From NCBI GenBank assembly GCA_029775855.1, contig JARVJZ010000002.1, positions 64,001 through 128,000 of the forward strand: a stretch of 64,000 nucleotides of DNA. The letters are read 5' to 3'. The translations under genes and the position numbers were made by a program. How positions within the stretch are numbered: position 1 is the first letter of the stretch; each line of letters opens with the position of its first letter. The stretch comes from Nitrososphaeria archaeon (GTDB lineage: Archaea > Thermoproteota > Nitrososphaeria > Nitrososphaerales > JAAOZN01). Under the pieces are notes generated by a model, which saw only the letters and a list, made by a program, of their open reading frames with translations, ran no database searches and was not told the origin of the DNA. Shown piece after piece: positions 1 through 9,381 of this stretch.

Positions 1-80
1 TCTACAACATCGTACGGTAGAAATACTGGCTGGGTAATGAAAGGAAGAGTGTATAGACTCAAATTCGACGGTGGCGTTGG

Positions 81-455
81 GTGTTCAAAATGGGCATCCA
101 CGTTATCGCCGAATTCTTTGGTGTGGAGCCTTGGAAGATCTCCCGAGTGGATACTCTACGTGAACTAATTGACAAAATCGTCTTAGAATCTGGTTTAAAA
201 CCAATCACATCCTCTTACCATCAATTTGAGCCTCAGGGCGTTTCTGGCTTTTACCTTCTGAGAGAATCCCATTTTAGCATCCATACTTGGCCAGAGTTTC
301 GATATGCTGCTGTAGACGTCTTTAGCTGCGGTGTTGAAGAAACAGCCTTCAAAGCTGTAGAACTTTTGAAAAAAGATTTGAAGCCTAAGAAGATAGTTAA
401 GAAGATCATTAGGAGGGGTCCTGTTGGAAAGGTTAAAGACGATGATTCTTCATGA
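81..455 (+). CDS. speD: S-adenosylmethionine decarboxylase proenzyme
   Basis: LRE/SHFSIHTWPE pyruvoyl autocleavage motif and VDVFSCG; overlaps bpsA. The start may be the ATG at 90. Confidence 0.85.
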   Translation: MFKMGIHVIAEFFGVEPWKISRVDTLRELIDKIVLESGLKPITSSYHQFEPQGVSGFYLLRESHFSIHTWPEFRYAAVDVFSCGVEETAFKAVELLKKDLKPKKIVKKIIRRGPVGKVKDDDSS

Positions 456-1455
456 ACTTAATACAGCAAAGTCTCTATGGGATCTTCTCGCAGTATTACA
501 TTACCCAATTAAAGATGTTCTTAAAGCCATTAAAGAACTCAGAGAAGAAGGATTCATTAAAGTTGCTGAAAATGGATTTGAACTTATAGATAAGGGAAAA
601 GGCTTCGTTAAATCTGTCACAAAATATACAGGCAACATATGTAGCGCTTGCCAAGGTAAAAGAGTTGTTCTCGACGATGCCTTTAACGAAGTTTTAAATG
701 AATTCAAGAAATTAGTAAAAGATAGACCCCAGCCATCCTCAGAGTTCTTTCAAGGATATATGAAGGAAGAGGATGTGATTAACAGAATTGCTTTTATGCA
801 CCACTATAGGGATGTAGCGGATAAAGAAATTGTGCTGATAGGTGATGACGATTTAGTGAGCGTAGCGTTATCACTTACAGGTCTTCCAAAAAGGATCTGT
901 GTCTTAGATATAGATGAGAGAATAGGAAGCTTCTTAAAAGCATTAAGAAAGTCTCACGGATTAGAAATAGAGTTCAGAAAATATGATGTGTCTGAAAACC
1001 TACCACCAGACCTTATATCTTCATTTGACGTATTTTCCTCAGAACCCCTAGAAACTTTAAGTGGGCTGAGAGTTTTCTTGGGAAGAGGAATAAGCTGCCT
1101 TAAAGAGGATGGTGTAGGTTATTTTGGTCTTACTGTCCTTGAGGCGTCTTATAGAAAGTGGAGGGCTGTTCAGAACTTTTTGTTGAGAAGTAACTGTGTG
1201 ATAACAGATGTAGTTAGAGACTTTTCACGATATCCGATGCAGTATGAGACAGTAGACTATGAAAACTTTGCCAATAAACTAGGCTTACCCTCACATGGGC
1301 GTAGAGATTGGTATAAGTCAACATTATTTAGGTTCGAAGTGTTAGGAAAGCCGAAGATACTTGTCAATCCCAATAAGAAGATCAAGGTTCAGAGCATCGA
1401 TAAAAATGAAGACCTCACACATCCTCTCCTTGACCTTGATGTTTATCGGTTATAA
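424..1455 (+). CDS. bpsA: N4-bis(aminopropyl)spermidine synthase (branched-chain polyamine synthase)
   Basis: CxxCxGK, FFQGYM, IGDDDLVSVAL, VLDIDERI and DWYKSTLFRFE motifs; coupled to speD. Confidence 0.85.
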   Translation: MERLKTMILHELNTAKSLWDLLAVLHYPIKDVLKAIKELREEGFIKVAENGFELIDKGKGFVKSVTKYTGNICSACQGKRVVLDDAFNEVLNEFKKLVKDRPQPSSEFFQGYMKEEDVINRIAFMHHYRDVADKEIVLIGDDDLVSVALSLTGLPKRICVLDIDERIGSFLKALRKSHGLEIEFRKYDVSENLPPDLISSFDVFSSEPLETLSGLRVFLGRGISCLKEDGVGYFGLTVLEASYRKWRAVQNFLLRSNCVITDVVRDFSRYPMQYETVDYENFANKLGLPSHGRRDWYKSTLFRFEVLGKPKILVNPNKKIKVQSIDKNEDLTHPLLDLDVYRL

Positions 1456-1483
1456 GATGTGTTATGTTGTCATCTAGAGTTCG

Positions 1484-2236
1484 TTAGATGGTGTGAATCT
1501 TAATGTCTGCTGAGCTCATTTCAACTAAACCTTGTTCATACTCTACAATTAGCAAGCCTTCGTTCGACACACCTTTTACTCGCGCTTCAAAGACTCTATC
1601 TAACTTTTCAATTTTAACTAATTTACCTGAAAGTATATCTCGCTCAGACCACTCTTTAATAATCAAGGTTGAGCCTTCTTGTTGAAGGTTATCATATAAA
1701 TACTCAAAATGTGATAATATACGTTGCAACATGTCTGTTAGGTTTATTTGACGCTTAAGTTCGTGTTGAATGGTTGTAGCTTCGCTTCTAAGCGCTTCTG
1801 GTAGTTGTTGAAGTGGTATGTTTGCGTTCAAACCTACACCAGCGATTGCGTAGAGAAGATTATCGCCTACGCTCTCAGATTCAACGAGAATACCGCAGAC
1901 CTTCTTTGAATTTATTATGCAGTCGTTAGGCCATTTTAAAGCGCATTTCAACCCCTCTTCTTCGATACTTTTAGCCACAGCAACCCCTAATGCTAATGGA
2001 AGAGTAGATAATTGGGAGTATCTGAGCCTTGGTCTAAGGAGTATGCTGAAGTATAGTCCTCCTTTAGTTGTGTAGAAAGGTCTTCCCATTCTACCTCGTG
2101 CATGCTCTAACCGCTCAGCAACTACTGTAAAGCCTTCTTGCATACCTTTAAGCGCAGCTTCTCTCACAACATCCTGTGTGCTTGTAGCCCACTCAAGGTA
2201 TATAATTGGTTTACCTAACCTCTTAGCCTTAGCCAT
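1484..2236 (-). CDS. birA: biotin--protein ligase (no N-terminal HTH)
   Basis: GRMGR, LKWPND, KKVCGIL and GVGLN motifs; follows bioY. Confidence 0.9.
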   Translation of the reverse strand: MAKAKRLGKPIIYLEWATSTQDVVREAALKGMQEGFTVVAERLEHARGRMGRPFYTTKGGLYFSILLRPRLRYSQLSTLPLALGVAVAKSIEEEGLKCALKWPNDCIINSKKVCGILVESESVGDNLLYAIAGVGLNANIPLQQLPEALRSEATTIQHELKRQINLTDMLQRILSHFEYLYDNLQQEGSTLIIKEWSERDILSGKLVKIEKLDRVFEARVKGVSNEGLLIVEYEQGLVEMSSADIKIHTI

Positions 2237-2254
2237 AACTGTTGTGGCACCGTT

Positions 2255-2842
2255 TTAACGTAGTATGCTAGCTAGGTCCTTTCTTAACCTTACCGCTATT
2301 GGCGCTGCAACCACCATCTTCAAAAGGTCTACTGGTATGAAAGGTAGCCCACCTATAAGAAAAGTTTCCACGAATGGTTTATGTAAGTATGTTGAAAGCC
2401 AAGAAACACCTATTAAATAGATAACTACTAATGAAAGCAACATCCCACATAACACCTTCCCATACTCACTTTGCAATGACTTTGAACGATTGAACGTAAT
2501 TAACCCATTTACTAACGCCGCTATGGGGAAAGCCAGTAGATAGCCTCCAGTTGGGCCTATTATATGTCCTAATCCAGCACCGAAGCGTGAGAAGACAGGT
2601 AAGCCTAAGGCGCCAATGGTTAGGTAGAGAAGCATCGATAAAGCGCCATATATTGGTCCTGCTAGGCATCCAGCTAAGTAGACGAAGAATACTTGAAGGG
2701 TTATGGGAACAGGAGTGAATGGTAGAGGTATAGATATTCCTCCAGTTGCAGCTGTTAACGCTGCTAATATGGCTGCTAAAGCCAAGCCTTTAACTCTGGA
2801 CTTCTTTAAAAAGATCTTACGCTCGACAGCGAAGGTATCCAT
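2255..2842 (-). CDS. bioY: biotin transporter BioY
   Basis: PVPITLQ, GLPVF and GPTGGYL motifs; multiple TM helices. Confidence 0.92.
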   Translation of the reverse strand: MDTFAVERKIFLKKSRVKGLALAAILAALTAATGGISIPLPFTPVPITLQVFFVYLAGCLAGPIYGALSMLLYLTIGALGLPVFSRFGAGLGHIIGPTGGYLLAFPIAALVNGLITFNRSKSLQSEYGKVLCGMLLSLVVIYLIGVSWLSTYLHKPFVETFLIGGLPFIPVDLLKMVVAAPIAVRLRKDLASILR

Positions 2843-3037
2843 AGAATGGAGTTTCTCTTTTATAGTTTAAAAGTTTAGTGAGTATAGAGGAGGTCTACCA
2901 TAATTCTGAAGCTTATGTCCCTCTATTCACGGCGAACATCAGATAAACTTTACAAACCTTTGTGTCGCAGCTTATCTAGTCCAATCTACTACTATTTATA
3001 TGCGAAGACTTAATTAACACGCATTTAAAGAGTAGAG

Positions 3038-3412
3038 GTGGAAATGGCTAGCCAAGAGATACCTCCATGGCTTAAGGAGCAGCTCGCACGATTTGAGCAG
3101 CTCCAGCAAAGTCTTCAAGCTATTCTTGTTCAGAAGCAGCAAGTCGAGCTTGAAGCTGCTGAAGTTGAGAAGGCGTTAGAGGAGCTGAGGAAGGCTAACC
3201 AGGATGATCCTGTGTATAAGTCTGCTGGCAGCGTGCTTATTAGGGTTAAGCGTGATGATCTGTTAAAGGAGCTTGAGGAGAAGAAGGAGTTAGCTAACAC
3301 TAGGATGCTTGTTTTAAGTAAGCAGGAAAGTAGGATAAGGGAGAACCTAAAGGATCTTCAAGTTAAGATCGACGAGGCGGTTCGTGGTAGAGGGCAGCCC
3401 CCAGCATCCTAG
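3038..3412 (+). CDS. pfdB: prefoldin beta subunit
   Basis: Coiled coils flanking a VYKSAGSVLI hairpin; ATG at 3044 is an alternative start. Confidence 0.92.
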   Translation: MEMASQEIPPWLKEQLARFEQLQQSLQAILVQKQQVELEAAEVEKALEELRKANQDDPVYKSAGSVLIRVKRDDLLKELEEKKELANTRMLVLSKQESRIRENLKDLQVKIDEAVRGRGQPPAS

Positions 3413-3480
3413 TAGACATTTGTCGAAGATTCTTCTCCAAAAGCGAAGATGTTTTCTTTAACCGCAACTACACTTATAAT

Positions 3481-3747
3481 GTGCCTATAGCGTATGTGTT
3501 AATAAAAACAGCTGCTGGTGCTGAGTCAAAGGTATTTGAAGCGCTCTTAAAGATAGATGGCATTGAGGAAGTCAATGTAGTCTACGGTGAGTTTGACCTC
3601 ATAGCAAAAATTAATGCTCGAAGCATGGATGAGCTTAGGGATGTTGTTGTGAAGCGTATAAGAGGAGTTGGTGGTGTAGAGAGAACAGAAACCGCTATAG
3701 TAACAATCAGCTCAATCAAATATCCTTCAGAAGAAAAGCTAGGTTAA
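3481..3747 (+). CDS. Lrp/AsnC ligand-binding (RAM) domain protein, no HTH
   Basis: AYVLI...VYGEFDLIAKI...IRGVGGVERTET pattern. Confidence 0.85.
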   Translation: MPIAYVLIKTAAGAESKVFEALLKIDGIEEVNVVYGEFDLIAKINARSMDELRDVVVKRIRGVGGVERTETAIVTISSIKYPSEEKLG

Positions 3748-3753
3748 ACTTCG

Positions 3754-4236
3754 CTAATATACTAACCCCCTTCCAAGCCTTAAAGCATAGCGTTTAACTG
3801 CATTCTCTTGTTGGGATGTCTTCACAGAGCCGGGGCGATTTTCCCTAACTCTTGCTAGTGCTGCTACATAGTCTAAACCTTTGTATATGAGGTAGCACGC
3901 TAAAAGCGTGCCTGTTCTTCCTACACCAGCTCTGCACGAGACCGCTACTCGTTTGCCCTCCTTTATCTTTGTATCTATGTAATGCACTAATCGGTCTAAT
4001 TGGGCTTGTGATGGAGGGCAATAATCAGGCACCGGCTCGTGGTAGTCCTCTAATCCCGCCTCTAACACATCTTTTGACGAAACCAGTGTCTCATCAATGT
4101 CTGCTAGTCTTATAAGGCAGTCTACACCAGAATCTTTGAGAAACTTTAAGTCCTCTTTGCTTCTTGGCCCTTTGCTTGCTGCTAGTTGATTTGGTATGAG
4201 CCAAGTAAAGTATAGTTCTTCTGCTATATCACTCAT
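3754..4236 (-). CDS. dual-specificity/cyclin-dependent-kinase-inhibitor-type protein phosphatase
   Basis: CX5R loop SCRAGVGRTG and PVPDYCPP acid loop; ATG at 4236 overlaps the upstream stop (ATGA). Confidence 0.85.
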   Translation of the reverse strand: MSDIAEELYFTWLIPNQLAASKGPRSKEDLKFLKDSGVDCLIRLADIDETLVSSKDVLEAGLEDYHEPVPDYCPPSQAQLDRLVHYIDTKIKEGKRVAVSCRAGVGRTGTLLACYLIYKGLDYVAALARVRENRPGSVKTSQQENAVKRYALRLGRGLVY

Positions 4237-4505
4237 GTTCTTTTCACACATGCTTCTTCTATAAAGCGCCTAATTTCATCTTCGTGTGGCACGCCTACAA
4301 AGACCAGCCTACCGTTCACCACTAGGGCAGGTGTGGATGTTATTTCATATTTTAATCTGATTTCCGGCTGCTTCAAGACATCAACTTCTTCTACAATAAC
4401 AAACACATTCTGCTTCTTAAGATCGTCAACAACTTTGCTGACACGCATCTTTACCGTATTACAGTATGCGCATCTTGGGGATGTTAGAACCTCTACCCTA
4501 ACCAT
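4233..4505 (-). CDS. thioredoxin/glutaredoxin-like protein
   Basis: CAYC motif and cis-Pro motif STPALVVNG. Confidence 0.85.
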   Translation of the reverse strand: MVRVEVLTSPRCAYCNTVKMRVSKVVDDLKKQNVFVIVEEVDVLKQPEIRLKYEITSTPALVVNGRLVFVGVPHEDEIRRFIEEACVKRT

Positions 4506-4549
4506 ATGTTCAATGCATATTGATAAGTGGCTTTAACTCTTTCTCCCAT

Positions 4550-5050
4550 TTATCCGAAAGTCTTTCTTTCAACCTCTAAAATTTCTTCTTCTCCAGAAGC
4601 TTTTGAATATGCATCCAAGAGTTCTTTGTTTAAGGTTAAGAAGGTTGGGCCCCACTTGTATATTTTAAGCAAGTTTTCTGCTTGCTCTTTATTTGAGGTT
4701 ATGTAGAGCGCGGCTGCGGCTGCTTCTAGTGAGCTGAGTCTGCCGATCTGCCCATAGTTTATGGGGTTGGCTGCTACTAATAGGGGTAGTCTCACTCTTT
4801 TACCCTTGGTTTTGCGTGGGAAGGCTTCCTCAATCCTTTGCCAAGAGCAGTCTATCACAACTAAACCTTGGGTTAGATCGTCTTTTGGTGTAAGTATGCT
4901 GTTTGAGGTTGGGTCTAAGATGACCATCTTCGGGTTTATGTGGTTTAGTCTATATAGCGGGTGGGCTAGCTTCATTCTACGCATCTTTGCGGATGTGCAT
5001 TTCTTCGGGTCGTCTTGATGCATCTCATACACATATATCCGTATATTCAA
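4550..5050 (-). CDS. tsr3: 16S rRNA aminocarboxypropyltransferase Tsr3
   Basis: QDDPKKCTS, IDCSW, LPLLVAANPINYG and KWGPTFL motifs. Start moved to the TTG at 5050; the ORF-track start at 5131 would overlap the divergent gene. Confidence 0.9.
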   Translation of the reverse strand: MNIRIYVYEMHQDDPKKCTSAKMRRMKLAHPLYRLNHINPKMVILDPTSNSILTPKDDLTQGLVVIDCSWQRIEEAFPRKTKGKRVRLPLLVAANPINYGQIGRLSSLEAAAAALYITSNKEQAENLLKIYKWGPTFLTLNKELLDAYSKASGEEEILEVERKTFG

Positions 5051-5062
5051 CCACATTTGGTT

Positions 5063-5093
5063 TGTAGAGGGCTTATATAATAAGCAATCTACA
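5063..5093. promoter_or_regulatory. dyad-symmetric, probably bidirectional TATA element between tsr3 and the Zn-dehydrogenase gene
   Basis: TGTAGA-gg-GCTTAT-ata-ATAAGC-aa-TCTACA; its centre (5078) is 27-28 nt from both start codons. Confidence 0.55.
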
Positions 5094-5104
5094 CATCTAT
5101 ACAG

Positions 5105-6124
5105 ATGAAGGCTGTAGTATATTATGAACATGGTGGAGCAGATAAGCTGATCTATGAAGAAAGAGAGAAGCCAAAAATTGGAGAAGGAGAAGCGTTAATT
5201 AAAGTTGAAGCTTGTGCGTTAAATAGACTTGACATACTGACTAGAAGAGGTGTTGTAAAGACCACAGCAACTCTACCACATATACTCGGTGGAGACATCG
5301 TCGGCTACATCGAGGAGCAGAAAGGAAGTAATCTAGAAATAGGCACACCAGTCCTTGTCTACACAGCAATAACTTGTGGTAGGTGCCAAGCTTGCCTTTC
5401 TGGTAAAGAGAACCGCTGCCAATTTCTTAAGATGATAGGCTTTCATACAGATGGAGGTTATGCAGAGTATGTTCGAGTGCCTATTCGAAACCTTATACCC
5501 CTTAACCCTAAAATTCCACTGGAGGAGTATGCTGCCATACCTATTGATTACACTACTGTGTGGCACGCTTTAGTTGAAAGAGGCAGTCTTAAGGTTGGTG
5601 AGAGTATCTTAATCTGGGCAGGCGGAAGCGGCGCGGGAACAGTCGCATGTAGATTGGCCAAACTTATGGGTGCTACGGTCTTTACAACCGTTGGCAGCGC
5701 TGACAAAGCTGAGAAGGCAAAGAGCTTTGCAGATTACGTATTTAACCACTATACTGATGATGTGCCTAAATCTGTGAAAGAGGCTACTGGAGGAAGAGGT
5801 GTTGATGTAGTCTTAGATTATGTTGGCTCAGCAACTTGGAGAAAGAGTCTTGAATGCTTAGCTGTAGGTGGTAGAATGATAACCTTCGGCGGATTAAGCG
5901 GGTTTAGTGGTGATGTAGATATAAGAGCATTCTACACGAGACACCTTACGCTCATAGGAACCTACTATGGAACAAAACCTGATCTCCATAAAGCACTAGA
6001 ATTTGTTGAGAAAGGACTTCTAAGACCTATAATAGATTCCATCTACCCGCTTAAAGATGCTCAGTCAGCGCATATTAGAATGGAGGAGAGTAAACACTTC
6101 GGAAAGATCCTACTCAAACCTTAA
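5105..6124 (+). CDS. Zn-binding medium-chain dehydrogenase/quinone reductase
   Basis: CGRCQACLSGKENRC structural Zn site, AGGSGAG nucleotide-binding loop and HFGKILL C-terminus. Confidence 0.9.
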   Translation: MKAVVYYEHGGADKLIYEEREKPKIGEGEALIKVEACALNRLDILTRRGVVKTTATLPHILGGDIVGYIEEQKGSNLEIGTPVLVYTAITCGRCQACLSGKENRCQFLKMIGFHTDGGYAEYVRVPIRNLIPLNPKIPLEEYAAIPIDYTTVWHALVERGSLKVGESILIWAGGSGAGTVACRLAKLMGATVFTTVGSADKAEKAKSFADYVFNHYTDDVPKSVKEATGGRGVDVVLDYVGSATWRKSLECLAVGGRMITFGGLSGFSGDVDIRAFYTRHLTLIGTYYGTKPDLHKALEFVEKGLLRPIIDSIYPLKDAQSAHIRMEESKHFGKILLKP

Positions 6125-9100
6125 GATACGGGTATCTTCAGCTCCCCTCTATGTATCATCTTTAACCCTTCAACAAATGCTTCAGCGTCTTCGTAGGTTG
6201 TTAGCACTGGAACACCTAACTCAACAGCCTTCCTCCTAATCTGATACTCATCCTCTAACATACTCGCGAACTTCTCTAAAACACTAGTAGAAGGTATGTT
6301 TATGATAAGTTCGAGCTTCCCTTCAACCAAATAGTCAAGAATGTTAGGTTTACGCTCTGGCTCGCTAATCTTATTCAAAACTTTAACACATAAACCCCCT
6401 TTCCTCTCCAAATATTCCGCTGTATGCTCAGTAGCATAGACATTAAAGTTGAGCCCGATTAACTCCTTTGTGAGGTTAAGTATTCGATCTTTCAATTGAA
6501 TGCCTCCTACTGTTATTAGTATGTTGCCATTAGGTTTAGGTATCTTGTAGCCTACCGCTATGAGCGCCTTTATTAAAGCCTCAAAAAAGCTCCTACCAAA
6601 ACACGCGACTTCCCCTGTTGAACGCATCTCTACACCAAGATGAGGATCTGCTCCGTCGAGCTGCATAAATGAAAATTGAGGCGCTTTTACACAGACTTGC
6701 GTCATAGATGAATCTCCTCTCGGCAAAGTTGGAATCTTACCGTTGAGTATCGCTAAGGCAGCAAGCGAAATTAGGTTCACGCCAGTGGCCTTGGATACAA
6801 AAGGCATAGATCTAGAAGCCCTAAGATTACATTCTATAACATAGACTATACCATCCTTATATAGAAACTGTATGTTAAAAGGACCCTTTATTCTAAGGCT
6901 CTTAGCTATCTTAGTAGCATACTCTACAGCGACTTGCTGAACATCTGCTGGAAGTCTTTGAGGTGGTATGCACATTATAGCGTCGCCAGAGTGAACACCA
7001 GCTTGCTCAACATGCTCTATAACCGCCCCAATATACACACTCTCTCCATCACAAACACCATCGATCTCAAACTCTTGCGCATCCATTATGAACTTACTTA
7101 TAACTACAGGATGCTCTGGGCTAACCTTCGCCGCCTTTAGCAAAAACTGCTCTAGATGCTTCTGCGTCCAAACGATTCTCATAGCTGCTCCACTTAACAC
7201 ATAAGATGGTCTTACCAAGATTGGGTAGGAGACCTTCTTAGCGAAGGCTTTAGCATCTTCTATGGAGGTGAAGGTGCTCCACTCTGGCTGTGGTATATGT
7301 AGCTCGTCTAAAAGTCTACTGAATTTCGCTCTATCTTCAGCTCTATCGATATCCACACTGTCTGTGCCTAGTATCTTTGCGCCGTATGCTGTTAAGGAGG
7401 TTGCAAGGTTATTAGGTATCTGCCCACCTACAGAGATTACAACACCAAAGGGGCGCTCTTTCTCATAGATGTCCAAAACCCGCTCTAGCGTCAATTCTTC
7501 AAAATAGAGTTTGTCACTCATATCATAGTCTGTTGAGACTGTCTCTGGGTTGCAGTTAACCACAATAACTTCTTCAACACCATTATTCTTCAGATCCCAA
7601 ACCATATTCATAGTAGACCAATCAAATTCAACCGAACTTCCTATCCTATAAGTGCCAGCACCTAAAACCATCACCTTCATCACATCCCTAAATTGTATAT
7701 CGTCTGTATCACCGTTGTAAGTAAAGTAAAGGTAGTTCGTCTTAGCCGGCCACTCAGCAGCTAAGGTATCTATCTGCTTAACCACCGGCACTATATTGAG
7801 CCTCTTACGAAGAAGTCTAACTTCAGACACAGACAACCCTATACACTCAGCTATCTGAGCATCTGAAAAACCTAGCTGCTTTGCTCTACGAAGAAGATCA
7901 GGAGCATCACCACTAGCTACTTTTCTCGCCTCTTTCCTTAAGATTCTTTCCATTTCGATGATGTTCTTGATCTTGTTTATGAACCAAGGGTCGATGCTGC
8001 TCAGCTTATTTATTCGTTCAACCGTAAAACCGGCTTTAAGTGCATCTGCTACATCAAAGATTATTTCATCGGTCATACGCTGCAGCCTAGCTTCGATTTT
8101 ATCCGGATCAACCAACGGTTCGTGTCTACTATCTGCTACAAGCCCATTCTTGCCTATGTCAAGCATTCTGATAGCTTTCTGTAGAGCTTCTTCGAAACAT
8201 CTACCGATAGCCATAACTTCCCCAACAGACTTCATCTGTGTACCTATGTTTCTAGTAACTTTATCGAACTTTGTTAAATCCCATCGCGGCATTTTAACAG
8301 TAACATAGTCAAGCGCGGGTTCAAAACCAGCTGTAGTTATACCAGTGACTTTATTGATCAACTCTGAAAGCGAGTAACCCAACATAAGCTTCGCAGCAAT
8401 GTATGCTATTGGGTAGCCTGTCGCCTTAGATGCTAGTGCTGATGAACGTGATAGTCTGGCGTTTATTTCAATAGCAACATATCTTTCTGAATTGGGTTCT
8501 AAAGCGAATTGTATGTTACACTCTCCTACTATTTTACAAGCTTCAGTAGCCTTTAAAGCAGCTGTTCTTAGAAGATGATATTCCCGATTGTTTAGGGTCT
8601 GTGAAGGGGCTATGACTATGTTATCGCCAGTATGGACTTTCATAGCTAAAATATTCTCCATATTACATACAGTCATACCGTTTCCATAGGCATCTCTCAT
8701 AACTTCATATTCGATCTGCTTCCAAGTTCCTATATACTCTTCAATAAGCACTTGATGCGTTAAGCTGCTCATCAACCCTCTGGTAACGATCTCCTCAAAC
8801 TCGTATTCGTTAAAGGCTACTCCACTACCCCTACCTCCAAGTGTATATGCTACACGAACCATAATCGGGTATCCTAGTTCATCAACAATCTTTTTCGCTT
8901 CTTCAAGCGAATATGCAGCTGCGCTTCTCGCTACGGGTATACCCGCGTCTAGCATAGTCTTACGAAACAAATCTCGATCTTCGGTAGCTTCGATGCCTTC
9001 TATGGGTGTGCCAAGCACCTTGACACCATACTTGTCTAAGACACCCCTTTTTGATAACGTGATACCACAGTTCAGAGCAGTCTGCCCTCCAAAGGATAGC

Positions 9101-9381
9101 ACGATGCCATCAGGCCTCTCAGCCTCAATGACTTCTGTAACGAAGTCAGCATTAACTGGTAGGAAGTAAACTTTTCCTGCTAACTTCTTATCCGTCTGAA
9201 TAGTAGCGATATTCGGGTTAACGAGAACAGTCTCTATACCCTCCTCTCGAAGGGCCTTAAGACATTGGCTGCCTGAGTAGTCGAACTAGCGGCTGCTTTA
9301 GCAGCTCTCGCCTGCTTCACCTATCTTAATGGCCCCACTGCCTAGGACGATAACCTTCTTTATAGAGCGGTTAAGTGGTAT
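6121..9381 (-). CDS. carB: carbamoyl-phosphate synthase large chain, intron-split: exon 1 9381-9307, exon 2 9285-6121 (1079 aa spliced)
   Basis: Two ATP-grasp halves plus an MGS domain. The N-terminus (M)PLNRSIKKVIVLGSGAIKIGEAGE^FDYSGSQCLKAL...NPNIATIQT lies upstream of the ORF-track start (9102), in frame but interrupted by a 21-nt insert. Confidence 0.9.
9286..9306 (-). other. putative BHB-type (tRNA-endonuclease-spliced) mRNA intron in carB
   Basis: AGCUGCUAAAGCAGCCGCUAG; folds as GGCG-AG^A-GCUGC(UAAA)GCAGC-CGCU-AG^U; contains in-frame UAA and UAG; removal gives GGC GAG UUC GAC (GEFD). Confidence 0.85.

Noticed and set aside
1-168. Open frame with ATG at 37 overlapping speD (uORF or polyamine-responsive frameshift)
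   Set aside because: It lies at the window edge, has no recognisable slippery site or homology, and cannot be distinguished from chance.
2236-2257. bioY and birA in the same frame separated by one TAA (possible readthrough fusion)
   Set aside because: Same-frame spacing has a 1-in-3 chance, birA has its own ATG, and there is no recoding signal.
9102-9102. ORF-track start of carB at GTG 9102
   Set aside because: It would delete 86 conserved N-terminal residues that are encoded upstream.
9286-9306. Stop-codon readthrough (Pyl/Sec) or simple pseudogenisation as the explanation for the carB stops
   Set aside because: One stop is UAA, and readthrough would leave 7 extra residues in an invariant motif. 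The remaining 1079 codons are intact, and the BHB cut sites match the insert boundaries exactly.
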